Shown: piece after piece, positions 9,750-18,243 of the stretch
Numbering within the stretch: position 1 is the first letter of the stretch
Layout of the letters: each line of letters opens with the position of its first letter
DNA from: Planctomycetota bacterium
GTDB lineage: Bacteria > Planctomycetota > GCA-002687715 > CAIWVZ01
Length of the DNA stretch: 64,000 nucleotides
Assembly (NCBI GenBank): GCA_044222185.1
Contig: JBGANV010000010.1
Location: 1 to 64,000 of the forward strand
Direction of reading: 5' to 3'
Notes under the pieces: model-generated
What the model saw: only the letters and a program-made list of their open reading frames with translations
Told to the model about the DNA's origin: nothing
The model's database searches: none
Translations under genes and position numbers: made by a program

Positions 9750-10656
9750 CGTAGCTCCCGTTGCGAGCCGTCGGCGTCAAGGTCCCGGCCTGTACGAGCA
9801 CCGAGACTCCGTTCAGGCCCGGCGGAACCTGGGCGCTGAGCCCGAACCCGGATGGCGGGAGCGCCACCGGCCCCAGCAGCACCACCGACGATGCGCCGAA
9901 CGACGTGCCGGGGAACAGACCGACGAACGGAGTTCCCGTGGGCTTCGCGTCCATCACGAGGACGAACGGGTTCCCAGCCTGCGTTCCCAGCAGGTCGTGG
10001 ACCTCCAGGTTCAACGTGCTCCCGGCCGGGGCCACGTGCACCTCCGGAAGCGAGCTCTGGGGCGTCGCGTTCACGTCGATCCAGATCTCCAGGTCTTCGC
10101 CCGTGCCCGGGTAGACCGGCGGTGGCGCGACCCACAAGAGGACCGCGAAGTCCGAGTTCGGGTCCGAGTTGTCGCCGTAATACGCGTCCGGAACTCCGAT
10201 GAAGAGGTCGGTGGCGTTGGCCGGCACCTGCACGAGAACCTCCGGTGCGAAGCCGTCGCGCGCGATCCAGAAGTCCTCGCCGATCTCCATGGGCAGATTG
10301 CCGATGGCGGTCGTGAGGCCCAGGGCCGCGCTCGTTCCGCCGGGGATGGCGTTCTGCACCCGGTGTTGGACGTTGGAGGCGAGGAGCGTGTCGCTGGACG
10401 AGAAGACGCCGATCATCGCCGTCAGCGTGTCGCCGGCGAGGCCGTCGTCCCAGGTGCCGACGGAGCGGATCCCGATCCAGGTTCCCGGCGTCACGCCGAA
10501 GGCCCAGAGCGGAACCGAGAATGCATCGAGTGCGCCGGGATCCCCGCTCGTCTGCAAGAACGTGGCGCTGGCGATGACGGGGAGGAGGAGTTGCGAGGGC
10601 GCGATCGTCGAGAACGTGGTCGAGAGAGCGATGACGCAGAGGGTGGATCGGATCAT
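9715..10656 (-). CDS. Secreted hypothetical protein with the shared C-terminal 'QA' domain
   Basis: Signal peptide; ATGA overlap with the upstream GT; DAYYGDNS motif; C-terminus GVSVLVQAG...TSHAHEVQL. Confidence 0.75.
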   Translation of the reverse strand: MIRSTLCVIALSTTFSTIAPSQLLLPVIASATFLQTSGDPGALDAFSVPLWAFGVTPGTWIGIRSVGTWDDGLAGDTLTAMIGVFSSSDTLLASNVQHRVQNAIPGGTSAALGLTTAIGNLPMEIGEDFWIARDGFAPEVLVQVPANATDLFIGVPDAYYGDNSDPNSDFAVLLWVAPPPVYPGTGEDLEIWIDVNATPQSSLPEVHVAPAGSTLNLEVHDLLGTQAGNPFVLVMDAKPTGTPFVGLFPGTSFGASSVVLLGPVALPPSGFGLSAQVPPGLNGVSVLVQAGTLTPTARNGSYVTSHAHEVQLH

Positions 10657-11924
10657 GGCGGTGTGCGGGCCGGTTGGGACCGCGGCGGGGGCGTGGAAGG
10701 AATCGGGGATCGTGTGGAGTCGGCGGTCGCGTGCACGTCGCGAGAGTCGGTGAGTCGTTCGTAGACGGCGAGAAGCCGTCGTGCGTCTGCCTGCGGAGTG
10801 AAGTGACGAGCGTACCGGGCACGGGCCCCGTCCGCCATGCGCTTCGCGCGATCGACGTCGGTCGCGAGGGCGTCGAGGGTCGCGGCCCACGCCGCGGCAT
10901 CACCGGGCGCGACGCGCAGACCGGAGGCGTCGTCGACGACCTCGCGCAGTGCACCGATGTCGCTCGCGACGACCGGTCTCGCAGCGCCGAAGGCTTCGAT
11001 GACGGTCAGGCCGAAGGTCTCGTACCAGATGCTCGGGACCAGGATGGCGGTCGAATCCGCGATGAGCTGCGGCATCGCCGGCGGCGGGACGTGGCCGAGG
11101 ATCTCGATGCGATCGGACAGGCCCGAGGACGCGATCTCGGCCGCGAGGCGCGGTCGCTCCGGACCGTCGCCGGCCACGCGGAGCTTCCACGCCACGCGAC
11201 TGCGTTTCGCCGCGTCGATCAGCACGTGGACGCCTTTCTCGGGCACGAGCCTGCATGCGACGAGGTAGGACGGCGTGCCGGGCAGCGGCTCCGCGGCGTG
11301 GCCATCGGCCAGCGGGTCCTCGCACGAAAGCCACTTCGCGATGACGCGATCCTCGGCGAACCCGGCTCGCAGGAAATGCTCGCGCGCGAATCCCGTCGGC
11401 GTGAGGATCCGGTCGACCCTGCGGAAGGTCCCGAGCATCCGATGCAGCGCCACGCCGGCAAAGCGAGTCGCACTTCCGCCGAGCCCGCGGTAGCAGCGGT
11501 GGATGACCCCCGACCACGGCAGGTGGCCCGAACAGTCCGTGCAGACGTGGCCGTCGCGGAAGAACACTCCGTTCAGGCAGAACAGGTAGAAGTTGTGGGC
11601 GGTGAAGACGGTCTTCACGCCCGCCTGCCGTGCCGCGACGAAGACGGACGGGGATAGAAGCGGCCATACGTTGTGAGCGTGGAGCACATCCGGCCGGAAG
11701 CTCTCGCACAGCTCGCGGACGCGCCGCGCGGACGAGGCCGACCACGCGTTGCGCAGCGGAAGCGTGGCGCGGTCGGCCAGCCCCATGCCGTCGATCGCGT
11801 CGTTGTGCGCGGCCTCCTGCAACACGTCGACTCCGGCCTCGCGTAGGAGGCGGGCCTCGCGTTCGGCGGCGGCGGACTCACCTCCCCAGACCTTGTAGTG
11901 GTTGTGGAGCCACAGAACCTTCAC
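10653..11924 (-). CDS. GT4 family glycosyltransferase
   Basis: HNHYKVWGGE, HAHNVWPLLSPS, RLVPEKG, PSIWYETFGLTVIEAFG. Confidence 0.92.
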   Translation of the reverse strand: MKVLWLHNHYKVWGGESAAAEREARLLREAGVDVLQEAAHNDAIDGMGLADRATLPLRNAWSASSARRVRELCESFRPDVLHAHNVWPLLSPSVFVAARQAGVKTVFTAHNFYLFCLNGVFFRDGHVCTDCSGHLPWSGVIHRCYRGLGGSATRFAGVALHRMLGTFRRVDRILTPTGFAREHFLRAGFAEDRVIAKWLSCEDPLADGHAAEPLPGTPSYLVACRLVPEKGVHVLIDAAKRSRVAWKLRVAGDGPERPRLAAEIASSGLSDRIEILGHVPPPAMPQLIADSTAILVPSIWYETFGLTVIEAFGAARPVVASDIGALREVVDDASGLRVAPGDAAAWAATLDALATDVDRAKRMADGARARYARHFTPQADARRLLAVYERLTDSRDVHATADSTRSPIPSTPPPRSQPARTPP

Positions 11925-12817
11925 GAGACGCCCCCCCCGGCGTTCTTGCGCCGCGAGCGGCCGCGAAGCCAGGCCCAGACGTCGTAGCCGCGACCCATGG
12001 CGAATGCGACGGCGAACGCGCCGAGGCGCGGATCAACCGGGACGCGCCCGATGCGATACATGTCGCCGTTGCGTGCGGGGAACGGCTCGGCGGCGAATGC
12101 TGCCGTGTAGCCTGCCCCCTTGGCGGCGTCGATGGTGCGGTCGTCGTAGGCTCCGTAGGGCCACGCGATGATCGGCGAGGCTTCGAATCCCCGCTGCCGC
12201 AGGTCGGCGAGGCTTCCGGAGAGCTCGTCGACGAGCGTGCGGTCGTCGACGTGCGGCATGAAGTGGTGCGTACGACCGTGGGAAAGCAGCTCGACGCCGC
12301 GCCCGGTGGCGTCCTTCAACGCGGGCCAGTCCGCCAGTGTGTCCGCGAAAACGCCCTCCATGTCGGCACGGACGCGGTCGACCTTCCATCCGGTCCCGCG
12401 ATACGTCGCCTGAAGCTGGGCCTCGATGGCGACGGCGTCGCGAACGAGCCACGACGCCCTGTCGCCCACGCAGCCGGTCACGACGAAGACGGAAGCCTGG
12501 AACCCGTGTTCACCGAGCGTGCGAACGGCCTCGGCCAACGTCTTGCCGAGCCCGTCGTCGAACGTGATCACGACGACGTCGCGCGGGATTCGCTCGCCGC
12601 GCGTGCGGGCACCGGCGAACCGGCTCGCGGTCCACGTGTGGTACCCGCGACGTGCGAGCCATCGCATCTGCGCGTCGAACACTTCGGGTGTCACCGAGAG
12701 CGGGCTGCCACTGCGATCGATGCCGTGGTAGAGGAGCACGCGCGTGCGGCGCGGCGGAATCCACCCGAACAGAAGGTGGATGAGGCGGCACGCAACCCAC
12801 TGGAGCCAGGACTTCAC
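11921..12817 (-). CDS. Polysaccharide deacetylase (CE4)
   Basis: VLLYHGI, VVITFDDG, SHGRTH, AWPYG; GTGA overlap. Confidence 0.9.
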   Translation of the reverse strand: MKSWLQWVACRLIHLLFGWIPPRRTRVLLYHGIDRSGSPLSVTPEVFDAQMRWLARRGYHTWTASRFAGARTRGERIPRDVVVITFDDGLGKTLAEAVRTLGEHGFQASVFVVTGCVGDRASWLVRDAVAIEAQLQATYRGTGWKVDRVRADMEGVFADTLADWPALKDATGRGVELLSHGRTHHFMPHVDDRTLVDELSGSLADLRQRGFEASPIIAWPYGAYDDRTIDAAKGAGYTAAFAAEPFPARNGDMYRIGRVPVDPRLGAFAVAFAMGRGYDVWAWLRGRSRRKNAGGGVS

Positions 12818-13959
12818 GCGGGCCTCCGCCGGGCGAGGTCGAGCCACGACTCCTGCATGTCCCGGGCGAGTCGCTCGGGCGCGAAGCGGCTCCTGGCGAC
12901 GTCGGCGGCGCGGCGTCCCAATGCCGCTGCCGTCGACGGGTCGGTTGCGAGCGCCGCGATGGCCACGGCCATGGCGTCTACGTTGCCCGGGGGCACGAGG
13001 ACGCCGGCTCGTCCCTCGTCCAGCACGGCCGGAAGGTCTCCGACCGCGGTCGCGACGATCGGGCGCGCGAGCAACATCGCTTCCAGCACGGACAGCGGCA
13101 GGCTCTCGCGCAGCGACGCGAACGCATAGATGTCGAGAGCGGCCACGTGCGCCAGAGTCTCCTCCGGCGTGAGCCGCCCCGGCACGTGAATGCGGCCCCC
13201 CGCCCGCGGAGATGCGGCCAGTTTGCGCAGGGCGGCCTCCTCGTCGCCGTAGCCGAGGAGAACGGCGTGGACTCGCGGATTGCCGCACCGAAGCACGGCC
13301 TCGGCGAGAAGGTGATGTCCCTTCGGCTTGTGCAGTCGCGCGTGCATCCCGACGAGCAACACGTCGGGCGCGACGTTGAGCGAAGCCCGGGCGCGAGCCG
13401 CGTTCTCCGCGGCGCCGGCGACGGACGCCGGGTCGACGGCGTTCAGCAGCATGCGAACCGGGACACGTGCCGGGAGGCCGCGCCGCACGTCGCGTTCGGC
13501 GCGGGTCGAACCGACCCAGATCTCGTCGGCGGCGCGGACGCACCACCGATCGAGTGCCTCGAAGAGCCGCAAGCGGAGCGTGCCCTCGCGACCCACCCAA
13601 CCGTGGACGTGCGCGACCCACGGGGCACCGAGGCCGGCTCCGCCTCCCGCGAGCCGGCACAAGAGGTCGCACCGCATGTCGTGCGAGTTCACGCCGTCGA
13701 TCCCCAGCTCGCGGACGAGTCCGCGGAGCCGATCGACGGGCCCGCGTGCGTGCGACGCGCCCCGCCATGGGATCGTGACGTGTCGCAGGTGAGCGAGTCG
13801 CGGCGACATGAAATGCGCCGACGAGGGTCGACCCTCGGTGGCCACTTCCACCAGCACCGGCTCGACGAGCCCGGGGTCGATGTGGGCCAGGTACGTCTCG
13901 AGGAGACGACTGGCTCCGCACACGGGGAAGTAGTTGGCCTTGAGCACGAGGATCCTCAC
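12814..13959 (-). CDS. GT4 family glycosyltransferase
   Basis: ARLHKPKGH, SLRESLPLSVLEAM, PIVATAVGDL; GTGA overlap. Confidence 0.9.
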   Translation of the reverse strand: MRILVLKANYFPVCGASRLLETYLAHIDPGLVEPVLVEVATEGRPSSAHFMSPRLAHLRHVTIPWRGASHARGPVDRLRGLVRELGIDGVNSHDMRCDLLCRLAGGGAGLGAPWVAHVHGWVGREGTLRLRLFEALDRWCVRAADEIWVGSTRAERDVRRGLPARVPVRMLLNAVDPASVAGAAENAARARASLNVAPDVLLVGMHARLHKPKGHHLLAEAVLRCGNPRVHAVLLGYGDEEAALRKLAASPRAGGRIHVPGRLTPEETLAHVAALDIYAFASLRESLPLSVLEAMLLARPIVATAVGDLPAVLDEGRAGVLVPPGNVDAMAVAIAALATDPSTAAALGRRAADVARSRFAPERLARDMQESWLDLARRRPA

Positions 13960-15320
13960 GCGACGGCCTCCGGTCGGTGAATGTGGAGACGAAGGAATGC
14001 GACGACGAGGCCGAGCCAGACCCAGGGAATGGTCGCTTCCTGGATGTGGAGCACGGCCATCGACGCCATGAGGGCGATGGCGCCGGACTCCATGCAGAGG
14101 CCGAGGCTGCGGTCGAGCGAGCCGCGCTCGAGCCGGCGGTTGACGCGCGCGAGGTCGCGCAGCACCGTGAAGAACACCGCCGCCATGAGGGCGATCCCGA
14201 GCCATCCTTGCTCGACGAGGACCTCCAGGTAGGTGTTGTGCGCGCCGATGTCGCCCAGGTCGTATCCGACCCACTCCTCCGAGCTGAGCATGTACCGGGC
14301 CTGTTCGACGTACATGCCTTTCGCCGTCGCCTCGAAGGCGGGCCCGAAGCAGCCGTACCCGAGTCCTGCGAATCCATGGCTCTGAGCCAGGTCGTTTCCG
14401 TAAAGCTGCATCTCGAGACGGGCGGTGAGGGACTCGCTCTCGCGAAGGTGCGAAGGATCGAGGAGGCGTTCGATCATGGTGCTCGGCAGGAGAGGCAGGC
14501 ACGCGACGCCGAGTGCTGCGAGGATCGCGAGCGTCGGGCCGGGCCGCTTCACACCTCCGCGGACGATGTAGAGGATCACGCCCAGCGCCAGGGCGAGGGC
14601 CGCCATGCGCGAGTACGTGAGACCGAGACCGACGAGTTGGATGGCACCGCATCCCGCGACGAGGAGCCGCCCGAGCGGCTTTCGGGCGGCCTGGAGGAGC
14701 GCGGGCGTCCACGTGAGCGTGATCGAAAGCAGGAGCGCGAGCCCCAGCGGATGCGCCTGCGTGCCCGTGACGCGGACGATGCTTCCCGACGACAGCTCCG
14801 ACTCCCACACGAGCGCCGCGCCCTTCGCTCCCGCGGTGTTCTCCTTGGAGAAATCCACCTGGAGCGAAGGCAGGAGCAACTGCGCCACGCCCACCAACGC
14901 GGCCACCGTTCCGGCGAAGTAGAGCACGCGCAGGATGGTGAGAAGGTCGACGCGGTGTGCGACGACGCTGTAGAGACCGTAGACCCACAGCGCCCAGTGC
15001 AGGGCGCGGATCCCGTACAGCACGCAGATCCGCTCGTCGATCGCCCAGAAGATGCTGACGGCCGCATGCGTGATCGCGACCGCGAGCCACATGAGGGGCG
15101 TGATCAGGCCGGGTCGAAGGCCGAGGATGAACCAGCGCAGCAAGAGCGCGAGCAGGACTCCGACCTCGATCGCCATGGGAGCCTTCGCGAGAGCCCCCGA
15201 TGGAGCCAGCTGCGAAACCGGGGAGAACAGGATCGGCAGGACGAGAGCCCATCCCGCGAAGATCGGTGCCCGCAGCGGGGGCATCGGCCTTTCCAGTTCC
15301 ACCGTCGCAGCGAGGCTCAT
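13956..15320 (-). CDS. O-antigen ligase / Wzy-type polymerase
   Basis: Multi-TM; RVTGTQAHPL, TYSR, GLGYGCF, AHNTYLEVLVEQGWLG. Confidence 0.88.
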   Translation of the reverse strand: MSLAATVELERPMPPLRAPIFAGWALVLPILFSPVSQLAPSGALAKAPMAIEVGVLLALLLRWFILGLRPGLITPLMWLAVAITHAAVSIFWAIDERICVLYGIRALHWALWVYGLYSVVAHRVDLLTILRVLYFAGTVAALVGVAQLLLPSLQVDFSKENTAGAKGAALVWESELSSGSIVRVTGTQAHPLGLALLLSITLTWTPALLQAARKPLGRLLVAGCGAIQLVGLGLTYSRMAALALALGVILYIVRGGVKRPGPTLAILAALGVACLPLLPSTMIERLLDPSHLRESESLTARLEMQLYGNDLAQSHGFAGLGYGCFGPAFEATAKGMYVEQARYMLSSEEWVGYDLGDIGAHNTYLEVLVEQGWLGIALMAAVFFTVLRDLARVNRRLERGSLDRSLGLCMESGAIALMASMAVLHIQEATIPWVWLGLVVAFLRLHIHRPEAVA

Positions 15321-15324
15321 GAGG

Positions 15325-16815
15325 TCAGGCCGCTCCCGTCTGGCCCGTCGCCACGACGGCGATCGGCCGCAGCGCGACGCTGCGCCGCCAGAGCATGAAC
15401 GTCGTCCCGAGTCCGAGTCCCACGATGAACCCGGCGAGCGTGATCGCGAGGCGCGTGGCGAGTCCGAACGTCCGTAGCGGCGTCGGCAGCCACGTCGGTG
15501 GAATCACGACGGCGACGTTCGCGATCTTGTTCTCGTCGAGGATTCGTTCGACTCGGGCGAGGCGCGCACCCTCGTTCGCCTGGGCGAGGGCCTTCTTGGA
15601 CTCGTCGACGTCGATCTCGGCCTTCTGGATCGCCGCACGACCGGCCTCGATGACCGTGATCCTGGCCGAGACTTCCGTGACCGTCGAGTTCCAGACGCCG
15701 AGTTCGGCGTCGAGCGCCGCTTCCTCGGCCTTCGCGGCGAGGAGGTGGTCGCGAAGCGAATCGTGCAGGGTGTTCCGGCCCACGACGGACGACGAGTCGC
15801 GCACGGGCTCGGCGTTCTTCTCCAGGTCGGTCAGCAGGTTCACGACCTCGCGCGCCGTCCGCACCTGTGGCGCGTCCTCTTGATACTGCTGGAGCGCGGT
15901 CGTGAGTTCCTGCTTCGCGGTCGCGAGTCGGAGCTGCAGCTCGTCGTGCGTGGGGTTGGGACGGCGCTCGGCCGTCAGCTTCTGCTCGGCGGGCGTCTGG
16001 TCGAGCTGCGCCGCGAGAGCCGTAACGCGGACGCGAGTGCCCGCGAGCTTTCCGGCGATCTCTCGCTGGCGCGTCTCGGCCTCGGACTTCCGCTTGAGCA
16101 GGAGCGACGTCTCCTGAATCACGTCGACTACTCCCAGCTCGGCGCGCTTCGACGAAAGAACCTTCTCGGCGTCGGCCAGCGCCGTCTCGCGGGCCGCGAG
16201 GAACCGCATGATGACCTCGGGAACGCCCTTCGTGCTGTAGGCCTTCACGTGATCGGCGTGGTACTGCTCGAGCATGATCTCGATCAGGCGCGTCGCTGCC
16301 TTCGGGCGTTCACTGCGGCACTGGATCTCGAGCACGGTCGACGACGGCACGACGGCGATACGGAGGTTGTCCGCCCACGTGTCGAGCGCCCGCTCGTCAC
16401 GCGAGCGTACGGGCATCAGCTTCAGCCCTTCGCCGATCTCGCGGAGGAACACCTTCCAGCGCTTGGGCTCGGGGCCGAGTGCGCCGTCCACGTCCTCCTT
16501 CATGAGTTGCTGGAACGCGCGGCGGAGCAGGTCCTGGCTCGCGAGGAGTTCGACCTCCGTCTGGAGATCCTCGCGCCGGGGATTCCCCGTGATCAACGGT
16601 GCCGGCGATCCGACCATGGACGGTCGCGATCCTCCCGTCTCGGGTCCGATCTGGAGGAGGACCTTGGAGGTGACCATCCACTTCTCGTTCGTGGTGATCG
16701 CCACGACGAACCCGACGGCTCCGCCGATCAGGGTGATCAACGCGATGATCACGATGGCCGATCGGGCAGTCGGTCCGCGCCGTGGCGAACGCGGTGTGGG
16801 GGACTCGGTGCTCAT
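15325..16815 (-). CDS. GumC/Wzz-type polysaccharide co-polymerase with no kinase domain
   Basis: TM - QTEVELLASQDLL - long coiled coil - NVAVVIPP - C-terminal TM; no Walker A motif. Confidence 0.82.
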   Translation of the reverse strand: MSTESPTPRSPRRGPTARSAIVIIALITLIGGAVGFVVAITTNEKWMVTSKVLLQIGPETGGSRPSMVGSPAPLITGNPRREDLQTEVELLASQDLLRRAFQQLMKEDVDGALGPEPKRWKVFLREIGEGLKLMPVRSRDERALDTWADNLRIAVVPSSTVLEIQCRSERPKAATRLIEIMLEQYHADHVKAYSTKGVPEVIMRFLAARETALADAEKVLSSKRAELGVVDVIQETSLLLKRKSEAETRQREIAGKLAGTRVRVTALAAQLDQTPAEQKLTAERRPNPTHDELQLRLATAKQELTTALQQYQEDAPQVRTAREVVNLLTDLEKNAEPVRDSSSVVGRNTLHDSLRDHLLAAKAEEAALDAELGVWNSTVTEVSARITVIEAGRAAIQKAEIDVDESKKALAQANEGARLARVERILDENKIANVAVVIPPTWLPTPLRTFGLATRLAITLAGFIVGLGLGTTFMLWRRSVALRPIAVVATGQTGAA

Positions 16816-18185
16816 GGAATCTCGGGGTCGGGAGGCGCGGCCGCGCGCGGGCGGCGCTCTTTGTGCGAATCGATGACGAGGAAGGCGACGATACCAGCGG
16901 CGAGAACGGCGCGGCTCGCCGCGCGAACCCAAGCGGCGACGAGGGCGCGGTCCTGTCCCGGGATGAGGAAGTTGCCCAAGATCACGACGAGGAGGAGCGT
17001 GGCGTTGAGTGCGACGAACCTTCCGGGCCGGTCGCGGCTGACGAAGACGAGGCCGAGCGGGTCCGTCATCGCCGTGCAGATCACCCCGAACAGGAGTATC
17101 GGGTAGATCTCCGTCGCGGCGGCGTATTTCGGGAAGAGGATCGGGATCCCGATCTCGACCAGCGGCAACGTCGCGAGCGCACCGAGCGACACCACGCCGC
17201 CGAGGATGAGTCCGTTGCGAAGACTCCGCCGCTGGGACGCGGCGTCGCTGGCGCGCCCCGCGTGGGGGAGGAGGATCGACATGACTGCGGACGTCGCGAG
17301 CTCGATCGCCGCAGCGATGAGGGATGCGACCCGCAGTTTCGCCGTCGTGACGTCGTCCGTTCGCGCGTCGATCAGGAACACGTCGATCTGAGCTGCGAGT
17401 GCCGCGAGCGTCGTCGCGAAAACCATGCGACCGCCGAAATGCAGGACGCGGTGGCGATCCTCGGCCAACGCCCCGGGCGCGGTCCGACCCCCGTTTTCGC
17501 GCCGCGCCGATGCCGCTTTCGCCATCCACATGATGGCCGTCGTCGCGAGGTGCGCGCCGAGGGCCGTCGGCAGGCTCAGCGCCCCAGTTGCCCACAATCC
17601 GAGCCAGACGATCACGCGGAGCAGGGACTGGCTCACCATCCACGAGCCCATGGCGAGGAAGCGTTCGCGGAGTTGCAGCACGCTCAGGCCGAAGGAAAAC
17701 ATGACTGCGCCGGCGGCGCCGCAACCCGCCAGGCCGAGGATGAGGACGCGCGACGGTCCTTCGCGGGCGTCGATCCAGTGAGAGAGCGCCATGGCTCCCA
17801 GCACGACGGCGAGGGGGCCGATGACCGCGAAGCGATGCTGCAGCGACCGCGTCGCGTGAACGACGGCATCGCCGCCTCCGGGGCGTTCAGCTTCGACCAT
17901 GGGTGCGAGGCGAAGCATCGCCCAGTTCAGGCTGCGGCCCATGGCCTCCTGCAGGAACTGGAACGCGACGATGAAGAGCTGGATCGCGGTGAAGTCGCGG
18001 GCGTCGAGCGTATGTCCGAGCAGGACGTTGCCGGCGAGACCCAGGCCGGCGACGAGCGCGTTCGCGACCGCGATCACGCCGGCGTCCGACATGAGGCGGA
18101 TCGGGTGCGGGTTGGCGTCGGGGGTGGGCCCGTTCGGTGCGCCTGGCTGCGCGGCTTCGCGCGCCACCTCGGGGGACACCGTCAA
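16812..18185 (-). CDS. Wzx-like oligosaccharide flippase
   Basis: About 12 TM; QIDVFLI; EPS locus context; start uncertain (TTG at 18185 with GGAG SD). Confidence 0.75.
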   Translation of the reverse strand: MTVSPEVAREAAQPGAPNGPTPDANPHPIRLMSDAGVIAVANALVAGLGLAGNVLLGHTLDARDFTAIQLFIVAFQFLQEAMGRSLNWAMLRLAPMVEAERPGGGDAVVHATRSLQHRFAVIGPLAVVLGAMALSHWIDAREGPSRVLILGLAGCGAAGAVMFSFGLSVLQLRERFLAMGSWMVSQSLLRVIVWLGLWATGALSLPTALGAHLATTAIMWMAKAASARRENGGRTAPGALAEDRHRVLHFGGRMVFATTLAALAAQIDVFLIDARTDDVTTAKLRVASLIAAAIELATSAVMSILLPHAGRASDAASQRRSLRNGLILGGVVSLGALATLPLVEIGIPILFPKYAAATEIYPILLFGVICTAMTDPLGLVFVSRDRPGRFVALNATLLLVVILGNFLIPGQDRALVAAWVRAASRAVLAAGIVAFLVIDSHKERRPRAAAPPDPEIP

Positions 18186-18243
18186 GCGAGGTCTCCATCG
18201 GCGAGTCGCGCGGGTCGCGCGACTCGAAGTCGTGTGGCTCGGC

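Noticed and set aside
11921-17724. Apparent 800-aa ORFs suggesting fusions (11921-14377, 12814-15252, 15325-17724; likewise 20898-23087, 38825-40903)
   Set aside because: The N-terminal extensions overlap upstream genes in other frames. Real starts are defined by ATGA/GTGA overlaps or by where recognisable motifs begin.
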